This document shows, one piece after another, positions 8,473 to 16,774 of a DNA stretch of 64,000 nucleotides. The notes beneath the pieces were generated by a model. It was given only the letters and a program-made list of their open reading frames with translations, was not told the DNA's origin and did no database searches. Source of the stretch: a virus. The position numbers were made by a program, and so were the translations under genes. Each line of letters starts with the position of its first letter. Positions within the stretch are counted from its first letter, which is position 1. Location: IMG/VR virus record IMGVR_UViG_3300024988_000010. One strand, 5' to 3'.

Positions 8473-8690
8473 CCACCCCCGCCGAAGTCCCAGCCGGGTC
8501 CGAACTGATACACTCCCACGCCGACCACATCGGCAAGGCCGAGGTGTTCCATGATGGCTTCACCTACTTCCTCGCCATGCAGTACACGAACGGCAAGACG
8601 TTCCCCAGCGGCTCCAAGAGGACGGTCCACCGGACGCAGAGCGGCGACCGATACCGCGAGTGGGTGCGGAGCATCTTCAGCGGAAACTGA
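8469..8690 (+). CDS. hypothetical protein
   Basis: 73 aa, ATGA overlap, followed by a terminator. Confidence 0.6.
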   Translation: MTTPAEVPAGSELIHSHADHIGKAEVFHDGFTYFLAMQYTNGKTFPSGSKRTVHRTQSGDRYREWVRSIFSGN

Positions 8691-8701
8691 CACCCTCTCC
8701 A

Positions 8702-8726
8702 CCCCCGGCCAGACCGGGGGTTTCTT
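8702..8726 (+). terminator. intrinsic terminator
   Basis: CCCCCGG-CCAGA-CCGGGGG followed by TTTCTT. Confidence 0.75.
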
Positions 8727-8987
8727 GTGGAGTGGGGGTGAGTTAGGTGGCTGACTCACGGGGAGAGGACGGGACATCGGGGCCGGAGGGCCGGAATTTC
8801 AGGGGGCACCAAACTTTAGCCCTAAGCCAGGAATTGTGTGCCGCAACGCGGGGGACAGGGGAACCGAACGCCAAGGACCGAGGGCCGGGAACAGGGGCCG
8901 GAACGCGGGGGACCCGGTTCCAGATTTTTGCCACTACACAACCTGCCCTAACGTCGACTTTCGCCGCGAAATTGGCCACTCCGCCCC

Positions 8988-9016
8988 TTGCGCCCCGGCC
9001 CCTTCAGGTATAGGAT
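8988..9016 (+). promoter_or_regulatory. possible sigma70-type promoter
   Basis: TTGCGC-N17-TAGGAT upstream of GAGGAGG and ATG 9038. Confidence 0.4.
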
Positions 9017-9037
9017 TCCGCCGAGGAGGGAGCCACC

Positions 9038-9451
9038 ATGAGATCGCTGCACGTCTTCACGTCCGTCATCGGCCGGCTGCTGGGTCAGCACGCAACCCTC
9101 CGGCCCGATCCGCCCCATCGTCGCCCCGGCCCGCTCTACCCCATCCGGGGACTCGCCTGGACGGCCGAGTTTATCGCCTCGAAGGCCTTCCTCCAGACGC
9201 CCGAGTGGAAGCGGGCCCGCTACGACGCCCTACGCGCGAGCGACGGCCGCTGCCAGCTCTGCGGCCGCAGCAAGCACGAGCTTCCGCCGGGCGAGTACCT
9301 GAACGTCGACCACATCTTCCCCAGGAAGACGCATCCGCACCTGGCGCTCGACCTGGAAAACCTCCAGGTCACGGACTCGGACTGCAATATCGGGAAGGGG
9401 AATCGGCACGCCGACGACTGGCGGCGTCCCAAGGCACGCGGGGGTGCGTGA
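9038..9451 (+). CDS. HNH endonuclease
   Basis: CQLCG...VDHIFP...DLENLQVTDSDCNIGKG. Confidence 0.88.
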   Translation: MRSLHVFTSVIGRLLGQHATLRPDPPHRRPGPLYPIRGLAWTAEFIASKAFLQTPEWKRARYDALRASDGRCQLCGRSKHELPPGEYLNVDHIFPRKTHPHLALDLENLQVTDSDCNIGKGNRHADDWRRPKARGGA

Positions 9452-9831
9452 GCGAGTCGCAGGTCATCAATTCCTTGATGCGGTGGCTCTATCTCCACGG
9501 CCTCGAACCCATCCGCAACAACACCGGCGCGTTCAAGAAGACCTACCGCTCCAAGAAGACCGGCCTCGAGACTACCCACTTCGTCCGAGTCGGCAGGAAA
9601 GGAAGCGGCGACATCCTCGTCTGCGGGCGGACGGGCCGGTGGATCGAGATCGAGGCCAAGGACGGCTCCGGCGTCCAGCGTCCGGAGCAGATCGATCGGC
9701 AAAGACACGTGGAGGCCTTGGGAGGCGTCTACATCCTCGCCCGATCCATCGACGACCTCGAGAACAGGAAGGATGTGATCCTGGGCGCGAGCGGTCAGAA
9801 CGGGATCTCGTCGTCGAAGCCCGCGGGATAG
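9448..9831 (+). CDS. VRR-NUC / PD-(D/E)XK nuclease
   Basis: GTGA overlap with the HNH gene. ESQV...GSGDILVC...IEIEAK...QRPEQ...GGVYILARS. Confidence 0.8.
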   Translation: MSESQVINSLMRWLYLHGLEPIRNNTGAFKKTYRSKKTGLETTHFVRVGRKGSGDILVCGRTGRWIEIEAKDGSGVQRPEQIDRQRHVEALGGVYILARSIDDLENRKDVILGASGQNGISSSKPAG

Positions 9832-10229
9832 GTCGGCGCGTGATCCGGCTGCGAAGCGCCCTGCCGATCTTCGCTCCTCGGCCTGTCGAGCATGACCAAT
9901 GAGGAGTTGAATCCCTGGAGCACGACCTCCGTCGAGTATCGATCCTGGCCGGACTGATCCACCCACTTCCGCGTTTGGAGGGAGCCTTCCAGGTAGAGCT
10001 TCATCCCCTTGGCGACGTAATTCTTGACGACCGACACCAAGCCTTCGTTGAAGACCACAACGCGATGCCATTCGGTCTTTTCCATGCGTTCGCCGGTCGA
10101 GCGGTCCTTCCAGGTCTCGCTGGTGGCGAGCGAGAAGTTGGCGATCTCCTTCCCTCCTTGAGTCGATCTGATCGTCGGATCTGCTCCCACGTTTCCCACC
10201 AAGATCACTTTGTTAATGCTTCCAGACAT
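9795..10229 (-). CDS. ssb: single-stranded DNA-binding protein
   Basis: INKVILVGNVGADP...TEWHRVV...EGSLQTRKW, with the acidic tail DDEIPF. Confidence 0.97.
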   Translation of the reverse strand: MSGSINKVILVGNVGADPTIRSTQGGKEIANFSLATSETWKDRSTGERMEKTEWHRVVVFNEGLVSVVKNYVAKGMKLYLEGSLQTRKWVDQSGQDRYSTEVVLQGFNSSLVMLDRPRSEDRQGASQPDHAPTYPAGFDDEIPF

Positions 10230-10254
10230 AAAACTCCTTTCGACTGGATGTTAA

Positions 10255-11187
10255 TTACAGGTCGTCCGCCGTCGGCTCGACCGTCAGGCGTAAATCCGCC
10301 TCCGCCGCCGCCTGTTTGCACTCCTCGTGCTGGGGCAGCAGGGCCTTCTGCTGGGCGGAGGTCAGCGTCCTCCAGAAGCCCTGATACGACGCGGTGCCTT
10401 CCTCGGCGTAGGCCATCGCCTGGTCGAACAGCTGGGCCGGGTCGATCCCTCCCACCGGCATCGCCGCCTCGGCCCACTCGCGGAGCTTCACGCCCATCTG
10501 CTTCGTGATGAGCGGCTGCTTCGACTGGAACAGGGTCAGCAGGGGCTCCGGGCATTTCACGACTTCCGGCTCGTGGGTTTTCTCGTCCAGGAGCAGCGAC
10601 AGGGTCATCTCGAAGACGAAGTTCTTCTCCTGGATGGCCTGCAGCCCCATCGGCACGACCTCTTCCTTCTCCCTGCCGTCCTTGATGACCTTGACGAACT
10701 TAACCTTCTCCCTGGCCCTCAGGCAGAAGACGAGATGCATCGGCGAGGCGAGCATCCGATTCATCATCCGCTTGTGCTCCATCTTCGCCTTGGCCCAGTT
10801 GGGCGTACCGCCCCGCTTGTTGTTCTCGGCGATGTCCGAGCAGCCGCCGTAACCCTCCCATTCGTGCGTCATGGAGTCGATCACGAGCACCTTGCAGCCG
10901 TGCCGCTCGAAGGCCTCGACCGCCTCTATGTAACGCGCCGGAGTAAATGGCTCCTTCATGTCCGCGATCTGGTATCCGTTCGGCAGGGCGGCCTTGATCC
11001 CCGGGCTGTCGGCGTACATGCTGCCCCGACGGTTCTCCGTGTCCAGGAAGCCGACCTTGCCGTCCTCGCCTGCGAGGCCGGCCGCGAGCAGGAGCGCCGA
11101 ATAGGTCTTTCCGGAGCCGGATACTCCCGCCAGGCTGATGAGCGTCGGTACGGACTTCCTGCTGGCCTGCTCTATCTTGATCGTCAT
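10255..11187 (-). CDS. AAA_24 / Sak4-like phage ATPase
   Basis: Real start at MTIKIEQASRK (AGGAGG RBS). Walker A GVSGSGKT, LDTENRRG, Walker B VLVIDSMTHEW. Confidence 0.8.
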   Translation of the reverse strand: MTIKIEQASRKSVPTLISLAGVSGSGKTYSALLLAAGLAGEDGKVGFLDTENRRGSMYADSPGIKAALPNGYQIADMKEPFTPARYIEAVEAFERHGCKVLVIDSMTHEWEGYGGCSDIAENNKRGGTPNWAKAKMEHKRMMNRMLASPMHLVFCLRAREKVKFVKVIKDGREKEEVVPMGLQAIQEKNFVFEMTLSLLLDEKTHEPEVVKCPEPLLTLFQSKQPLITKQMGVKLREWAEAAMPVGGIDPAQLFDQAMAYAEEGTASYQGFWRTLTSAQQKALLPQHEECKQAAAEADLRLTVEPTADDL

Positions 11188-11195
11188 GTACCCTC

Positions 11196-12266
11196 CTAGG
11201 TGAAAATGAGTTGCGGCATATCGGTGTCGACCAAGACGTGCGGAGGCCTGGCCTCGCGCCACGGTCTGTCGCCGAACCTCCCCCGACAGTCGGCGTATAG
11301 CGTGATCATCTCGGCGATCTTCCGCTCGGCCGCCCCCCAGTAGATGTTCGCGTCCACCCCCGGTTGGTCGCCCCGCCTGAGTTGGACGATGCGGAGGTCG
11401 AACGGCTCGGAGGATTCGACGAAGACGAAGCCGAAAGGAGGGCTCTGGGCCTCCAAGAAGCCCTCGACCCAGCCGTCGCGAGCGGCCCCGTGGATCTCTA
11501 TCTCGCCCGACGCCAAGGCCTGGCGGCACAACTCCCTGACGTACGAGTAGAAGACGCACTGGAGATAGTACCCCTCGTAGTAGATGGCCTCGAACACGGC
11601 CCGATCGGTGGCCTTGCCTCGCGAGTTGGAGAAGGTCTTCACGTCGATGGTGGAGCGGGGCTTCACGTAGTCCATGCGGGCCTTGAGCATGATCCCCGTC
11701 GACGGCTCCCGGATGAAGAACGAGACCTCGGGCATCCCGCCGGTCAGCGCCTTCACGGCGTAAGGGTCGGCCGCCAGGGCTTCGGACGCCTTGCGGATCA
11801 GCCGTGATTCTTCCTTCCCGAGGAAGGTCTTTCCTTCGTTCTCCTCGGCGTGCCGCTTGAGCTCCAGATCCCAGATCGTCGCGGGGATGCCGCTGCCTGC
11901 GATCCGATCGATCAGGTCTTGCTTCCGCTTCCCCGATTTGGGGAGCTGATTCTCCACCAGCCAGGCTTTCATGTCGTCCGTCGTTTGAAGCGCCCCCGGG
12001 AAGTCGTCCAGGTCGAGCTTCAGCGCATAGGCGGCGGAGAATCGTTCGGGTTCGAGCGCGAGACAGTGGACGGCCTTCCCGAACCGCCTCGCCCCCCCGT
12101 CGTCCTCCCGCTCGAACTCGGGGTTTATGTGCCGATGCCAGTACCTCAGCGGGGAGACGGATAGGTCCTTCATGCCGCTGCACGACAGGCCGTCGGCCTC
12201 GTGATACGCCTCCTCCTCCATGTCCAGGTAGATGCCCGGTTCGATCGACTCTCCGAAATTAGCCAT
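11196..12266 (-). CDS. RecE/exonuclease VIII-like PD-(D/E)XK nuclease (DUF3799 type)
   Basis: GIYLDMEEEAYH...LSCSGMK...FGKAVHCLALEP...PEVSFF...LKARMDY...IDVKT...YYLQ. Confidence 0.85.
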   Translation of the reverse strand: MANFGESIEPGIYLDMEEEAYHEADGLSCSGMKDLSVSPLRYWHRHINPEFEREDDGGARRFGKAVHCLALEPERFSAAYALKLDLDDFPGALQTTDDMKAWLVENQLPKSGKRKQDLIDRIAGSGIPATIWDLELKRHAEENEGKTFLGKEESRLIRKASEALAADPYAVKALTGGMPEVSFFIREPSTGIMLKARMDYVKPRSTIDVKTFSNSRGKATDRAVFEAIYYEGYYLQCVFYSYVRELCRQALASGEIEIHGAARDGWVEGFLEAQSPPFGFVFVESSEPFDLRIVQLRRGDQPGVDANIYWGAAERKIAEMITLYADCRGRFGDRPWREARPPHVLVDTDMPQLIFT

Positions 12267-12279
12267 GCCCACATCGCGT

Positions 12280-12336
12280 TTTAGTTGTTGACATGACCAC
12301 GCATAATACGCATTGATACGCCTGTCAACCGCTAAA
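12280..12336. promoter_or_regulatory. divergent control region with inverted TTGACA boxes and internal direct repeats
   Basis: GTTGACA 12287-12293 and TGTCAAC 12323-12329 enclose ACGCAT/ACGCAT/ACGCCT. AT-rich gap between divergent operons. Confidence 0.5.
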
Positions 12337-12347
12337 CGAGGTTTGCA

Positions 12348-12536
12348 ATGACGGAAATACTCCTCCCCAAGGAAGTCGCCGAGCTGCTCAAGATCAGGCC
12401 CGACACGTTGCGGGTCTGGCGCAAGAACGGGCTGGGTCCTCCTTGGTTCCCCCTCAACGAGAGCAGGCGCCCGAAGATCCGCTACCGAAAAGAAGACGTG
12501 CTCAGGTACATCGATCAAATGACCAACCATCACTGA
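12348..12536 (+). CDS. excisionase/AlpA-like HTH (HTH_17)
   Basis: LLPKEVAELLKIRPDTLRVWRKNGLGPPW...IRYRKEDV. Confidence 0.85.
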   Translation: MTEILLPKEVAELLKIRPDTLRVWRKNGLGPPWFPLNESRRPKIRYRKEDVLRYIDQMTNHH

Positions 12537-12553
12537 AGGCGACGAGGCGGGGG

Positions 12554-13267
12554 ATGACTTCATACAGGGTGAAGGGCTGGGAGCGGTTCCAGCACTACAA
12601 GGATCGCAAGCCGCCGTGGATCAAGCTCCAGCGGGACCTCCTGGACGACTACGAGTTCCACTGCTTGCCGGTCGCTAGCAGGGCGCTAGCGCCCATGCTC
12701 TGGCTGCTGGCGAGCGAGAACGAGGACGTGTCGAGCGGCGTCGTGGAAGGCCCGGACGAGAGGATCGCCTTCCGACTCCATCAGGGAGTCAAGGATTTCC
12801 AGGCCGCGCTCAAGCCCCTGATCGAGAAGGGTTTCGTGCGACTGGAGCATGATGCTAGCGACCTGCTAGCGGCATGCGAGCACCCCGCTATCCCAGAGAC
12901 AGAGAAAGAGGCAGAGGGAGAAAGAAACAAACCGCGCGGGAAGAGGCGGGTGTCGCTCGACGAACTGAGCGTCGGCCACGTTTCGGACTGGCTCGCCAAG
13001 AAGCGGGCCGAAGGGCGATACGGGCGACACGACGAGCACTTCGTCCTGGAGTACTTCAAAAACTACTGTCAATCGAAAGGTAAACGCTATGACGACTACG
13101 TTGCTGGATACCGACAAGCCTTCGAGTGGGACCGCTGCCAGCCCAAGCTTCCAGGCGGAACCGGAGTTCAAGCCCCTGGCCACCGTCCTGCCGGTCAGCC
13201 GACCAAGTCCGACCGCCTCAAGGCCGCCGCAGCCCAGGCCAGGGCCGACCTTGGCCTCCAGCCCTGA
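12554..13267 (+). CDS. phage replication initiator-like protein (O-like)
   Basis: VKGWERFQHYKDRKPPWIKL N-terminus, central ETEKEAE linker, position after the HTH gene. Confidence 0.65.
   Translation: MTSYRVKGWERFQHYKDRKPPWIKLQRDLLDDYEFHCLPVASRALAPMLWLLASENEDVSSGVVEGPDERIAFRLHQGVKDFQAALKPLIEKGFVRLEHDASDLLAACEHPAIPETEKEAEGERNKPRGKRRVSLDELSVGHVSDWLAKKRAEGRYGRHDEHFVLEYFKNYCQSKGKRYDDYVAGYRQAFEWDRCQPKLPGGTGVQAPGHRPAGQPTKSDRLKAAAAQARADLGLQP
12842..12930 (+). repeat. putative embedded origin: 11-bp-spaced repeats plus a purine tract
   Basis: TGCTAGCG at 12853 and 12864, TGCGAGCA at 12875, followed by AGAGACAGAGAAAGAGGCAGAGGGAGAAAGAAAC. Confidence 0.45.
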
Positions 13268-13685
13268 AGCCCAGCATCAGCTGACCGAACTCCTGACCCA
13301 GTGTTTCGACGCCTTGAAGGTCTATGGGAAGGAGCCGGAGCAGGTCGTGAACCTGATCAAGGTATTCGTCATGGTTTTGGGGGACTACACCTTCGAGCAG
13401 GTGCATGCGGCCTTCCGCACCTACCTCAAACAGTCGAACGAGCTCCCGGCCCCTTCGGACATCGTGAAGATCATCGAGCCTCCCCCGCCGGTCTACTCCT
13501 CGGCGATGTACGTCCAGATCAAGAAGAACCTGCGGGAGGGGAACGTCTTCGTCACGGACGAGGAGAAGGCCTACGTCAGGGCTTACGAGAAGCAGGAATT
13601 GGCGAAGGTGCGCGGCGGCACGGAGAGGTATCGGGACGCGCAGTCCCAGCTTGAGGACCACAGGCTGGCGATGGCCCATGATTGA
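13251..13685 (+). CDS. putative helicase loader/inhibitor-like protein
   Basis: TTG start overlapping the O-like gene. LGDYTFEQVHAAFRTYLKQSNELPAPSDI pattern. Start uncertain. Confidence 0.5.
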   Translation: MASSPEAQHQLTELLTQCFDALKVYGKEPEQVVNLIKVFVMVLGDYTFEQVHAAFRTYLKQSNELPAPSDIVKIIEPPPPVYSSAMYVQIKKNLREGNVFVTDEEKAYVRAYEKQELAKVRGGTERYRDAQSQLEDHRLAMAHD

Positions 13686-14034
13686 CCTGCTCGCCAAGGC
13701 CCAGGCCAAGGGGACCGACGCCGAGTTCAGGGCGTGGGTCCAGCGTCAGCCAAGCTGCCTCAGCGGACGCTACAGCGAATGGCTGGAGAGCGGCGAAGGC
13801 CGGAACCCCGCCTGCCACGTCCGCAGGGCTGCGAGCAGCGGTACGGGCTTCAAGGCCAGCTACTCCTGCATCCCCATGACCCAGCTCGAACACCATCTCC
13901 AGCACCAGCACGGGGAAGTTGGAGTGCTCGAACGCTTCGTCCCAAAGATCGGAGGCTGGACGGTGGAGGAAGCCAAGGATTGGTTCGACCGGAAGGTCAT
14001 CGAATATCGCAGGGTGTGGGTGGAGAGGAACTGA
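13678..14034 (+). CDS. DUF968-like / degenerate HNH-type phage protein
   Basis: AWVQRQPSCLSG...ACHVRR...SCIPMTQLEHHLQHQHG. Confidence 0.55.
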   Translation: MIDLLAKAQAKGTDAEFRAWVQRQPSCLSGRYSEWLESGEGRNPACHVRRAASSGTGFKASYSCIPMTQLEHHLQHQHGEVGVLERFVPKIGGWTVEEAKDWFDRKVIEYRRVWVERN

Positions 14035-14061
14035 AACGGGCTGCAATCTTCTTCGACGCCT

Positions 14062-15051
14062 TCAGCCCGCCTCACCCTCATCCGACGCGTCGAGCCCGGC
14101 CATCAGCTCCCTGGCCCATTCGGGCCGCTCGATCACCGCGAGGATCAGCGACTCGAGCGCCCCCGGCGAGAGCCTCGCCACGTGCATCAGCATTTCCGCG
14201 ATCGGGCGCTCCCCGGGCTGCACGGCCAGGAAGCGACGCCAGAGTTCTCCGCCCGTCTGGAGCATCCAGGGCTCGAAGTCGATCCCGTCGGCTGCCGCGA
14301 CCACGCGACGGTAGACGTCCTCGGGCAGGCGGTTCAGGCCGTGGAGGCAGACGAGCTCGGCCGTCCCCTTGACCAGCTCCTTGGCCATGAGATACCAGTT
14401 CGTCCCCCGCCCCACGACCATCATGCGCCCGCCTCGCCTCAGCACGCCGCCATATCCGACGACCCCGGCGAGGAACGCTCGGCCCACGTCGGTCCTGGGC
14501 GGCGTCACTTTGCCGAAGGCGACCTTGTGCGTTATGGCCGCCTCCAAACGGTCGGGCGATATCCCCCAAACGGTCGTCACGGCGTGCTTGGCAAGTTCGA
14601 TCAAGGCCGGCTCGTGCCCCGCCTCTCGCTCCTGAAGGCAGCTGATCAACAGGAAGGCCTGGAACTTGAAGACGCCCGGCTCGTCCGAAAGGCCCTTCTC
14701 CTTGGCACGCTCCCGGCCGCGACGATGGGACTCCGCGGCGAGCATGCCGCCGTGACGGGCTAGCACGGGGTGGCCGTGGAAAGGGTGCGTCGGATCCGTC
14801 TTCGCCCGCCTCCAGAACTTCGCCGGAGAGCCGAAGACATGATCGGCCTCGGCCCAGTACTGAAGCAGGTTGATCAGGGCGTACTGGTCGTAGAGCAGCA
14901 CGAGTTCCGGGTGGACGGCCTCCAGCCCTTCCCGAACCAGGTGGTGGAATGTCATCCCGGCGTGCTGGGCGGCCCCCTGGATCAGCCAGTTGAGGGTGAA
15001 CCGCTTGTTGATCTCGTCGCGCAGGCCGGCGTCGCTCTCCGTGGGATTCAC
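14062..15051 (-). CDS. uncharacterised 329-aa protein (inserted against the phage gene direction)
   Basis: Long ORF with GC-rich codon usage. KRFTLNWLIQGAA...FHHLV and AKELVKGTAEL segments. Confidence 0.75.
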   Translation of the reverse strand: MNPTESDAGLRDEINKRFTLNWLIQGAAQHAGMTFHHLVREGLEAVHPELVLLYDQYALINLLQYWAEADHVFGSPAKFWRRAKTDPTHPFHGHPVLARHGGMLAAESHRRGRERAKEKGLSDEPGVFKFQAFLLISCLQEREAGHEPALIELAKHAVTTVWGISPDRLEAAITHKVAFGKVTPPRTDVGRAFLAGVVGYGGVLRRGGRMMVVGRGTNWYLMAKELVKGTAELVCLHGLNRLPEDVYRRVVAAADGIDFEPWMLQTGGELWRRFLAVQPGERPIAEMLMHVARLSPGALESLILAVIERPEWARELMAGLDASDEGEAG

Positions 15052-15209
15052 GCTTTAGGTTCCGGCGTGGGCCGCGTCTTGGGCCAGTCGGGGTTGAAGG
15101 GGTCGAGCTTCCGCCGCGGCTCGGGAGCGGGCGTCGGCGCGGGCGGCGTCCTCGGGGCCGGGGCCTCTCGAGGCTCGACGGGCGGTGCCAAGGGTTCGGC
15201 TTGCGGCAT
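15048..15209 (-). CDS. 53-aa proline-rich peptide (not in the ORF track)
   Basis: MPQAEPLAPPVEPREAPAPRTPPAPTPAPEPRRKLDPFNPDWPKTRPTPEPKA*. Its stop overlaps the GTG of the 329-aa gene (GTGA). Confidence 0.65.
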   Translation of the reverse strand: MPQAEPLAPPVEPREAPAPRTPPAPTPAPEPRRKLDPFNPDWPKTRPTPEPKA

Positions 15210-15335
15210 GCGACAAAACTCCCGCTCTGGACCACCGGACGGCCTCTGGATGCATGTAGCCTATCAAGGTCGAGGCCCGCCCGCCAACTTCGACGGCCCG
15301 GGAGGCCTGCGGGTTCGCCCGCGACCATGCGGTCC

Positions 15336-15586
15336 GGGAAAGAATCCCCGCCCGGGAAAGAATTGCCTCGAAACCTAGAGTAATCTCAGCCGGTTAATTA
15401 ATTCCTTCCCGGGAATTCTTTCCCGAGGCATTCTCCCGCCCCCTACCCTCCACGAAATAGAGGGGTGTCTCGGGGAAAGAATGGAAAGAAAGGAAAGAAT
15501 ATAACGTATAATATAATTCTGTTGTATTTATTATATATTTTCGCCGTGAATTCTTTCCCAATTCTTTCCCAGGCCTTGGAAAGAAT
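15336..15586. repeat. GGAAAGAAT iteron-like array around an AT-rich core
   Basis: Eight exact copies of GGAAAGAAT or its reverse complement (15337, 15355, 15415, 15474, 15492, 15550, 15561, 15578) plus variants. 15501-15540 has only 5 G/C in 40 nt. Confidence 0.85.
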
Positions 15587-15971
15587 CTCCTGACGCCCCC
15601 CCGGCGTAGGCATACGCCCAGAGGATCAGCAGCCCCTGCAGCGGCAACCTGAGAAGCAGAAGCCACTCCGGGACGCCGAACCTACCCGCCTCCTGGCACA
15701 TGTAGACGTTCGCCGGGAAGACGGCGACGAGTAGGGCGATCAGGCCCCAGGCCGCCAGCCTCGACGTCCTCGAGACCAGCAACAGAATGCCGAGGGCGAC
15801 CTCGAAGAAGCCGCTCAGCAGCACCAGCTCACGGTGCAGCGGCAGGTAGGGCGGCATGATCTTCATGTAGGTCTCGGGCGTCGCGAAGTGGGCGACGCCT
15901 CCCGCGACGAAGAGGGAGGCGAACAGCACCTTGCCCGCCAGCCTCGTGATCTTGCGACCTCGCTCGACCAT
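15531..15971 (-). CDS. DoxX-like membrane protein
   Basis: LFVAGGVAHF..PE.Y..IMPPYLP...LVLLSGFFEVALG...AWGLIALLVAVFPAN...RLPLQ. Confidence 0.85.
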   Translation of the reverse strand: MVERGRKITRLAGKVLFASLFVAGGVAHFATPETYMKIMPPYLPLHRELVLLSGFFEVALGILLLVSRTSRLAAWGLIALLVAVFPANVYMCQEAGRFGVPEWLLLLRLPLQGLLILWAYAYAGGASGDSFQGLGKNWERIHGENI

Positions 15972-16069
15972 GCGCCCACCCCAGTAATGGCCCGACCTCT
16001 TCTCGCCTGCTACCAGCAGTTGACATCCTCGCATTTTTATGGCTCCCTTACACCAACCAGGGGGGGGCT

Positions 16070-16720
16070 ATGGTTTCAGGGGATCGGCGCGAGTCCGAGG
16101 ACTACGAGCACATCGACGTCACGCAGTGGCGTCCTGCGAACCAGCCGATCGTCACGCCCGAGCGCGCCGCCAAGGGCGACCTCGTCTACAACACCCCCTG
16201 CTCCGAGTGCAACGGCCGCGGCTCGTTCCCCGACCCCTACGGCCGCGGCATCGTCCCCTGCCGAACATGCCACGGCCGCGGCACCAACCAGGTGATCGGC
16301 GACATCGCCCTCCAGCACGTGCGGTTCGCGCAGGCCCAAGTCCAGAACGTCATGAACTGGCTCTGGGAGCGAGGCACGCTCGACGACCAGCACCTGCACG
16401 ACGGCCAGACGTACGAGCAATGGCAGATGGTCCAGCAGGCGAGGCTCGGCCTGCGGCGCAAGGTCGCCGCCAGCGGGGAGGCCACCGACGGGGACGACCT
16501 GCGCGAGCGGGGCTTCACACTGCTCCTCATCCGCGTCCCGGCGCGGCACCAGAAGTGGATCGACCACGCCGTCCACACGAACGCCGCCTCCGGGCACGTC
16601 CGCTTCATCGCCCAGAGGAACTGCCGCTTCTACCGCGAGGCGTTCGACTGCCTCTCAGGCAAGCTCCCCCCGATCATGGAGGAGCTGAAGGCGCTGCGCG
16701 AGGCCAAGGGTGCGAATTAG
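16070..16720 (+). CDS. zinc-finger protein, candidate late-gene regulator (Q-like)
   Basis: CSECNGRG...CRTCHGRG zinc motif. Last gene before the terminase. Confidence 0.55.
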   Translation: MVSGDRRESEDYEHIDVTQWRPANQPIVTPERAAKGDLVYNTPCSECNGRGSFPDPYGRGIVPCRTCHGRGTNQVIGDIALQHVRFAQAQVQNVMNWLWERGTLDDQHLHDGQTYEQWQMVQQARLGLRRKVAASGEATDGDDLRERGFTLLLIRVPARHQKWIDHAVHTNAASGHVRFIAQRNCRFYREAFDCLSGKLPPIMEELKALREAKGAN

Positions 16721-16745
16721 CGCTCACGCCCCCCTTATGTTCTTG

Positions 16746-16774
16746 TTGACATCAACGTATATAAATTTTACAAT
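16746..16774 (+). promoter_or_regulatory. near-consensus sigma70 promoter for the late operon
   Basis: TTGACA (16746-16751), 17-nt spacer, TACAAT (16769-16774). Confidence 0.75.

Noticed and set aside
10255-12183. 642-aa ORF in the track
   Set aside because: The first half is an off-frame shadow of the RecE-like gene. The real protein starts at 11187 after an AGGAGG RBS.
15336-15586. CRISPR array
   Set aside because: Repeats are only 9-10 nt, in both orientations and irregularly spaced. No cas genes are present.
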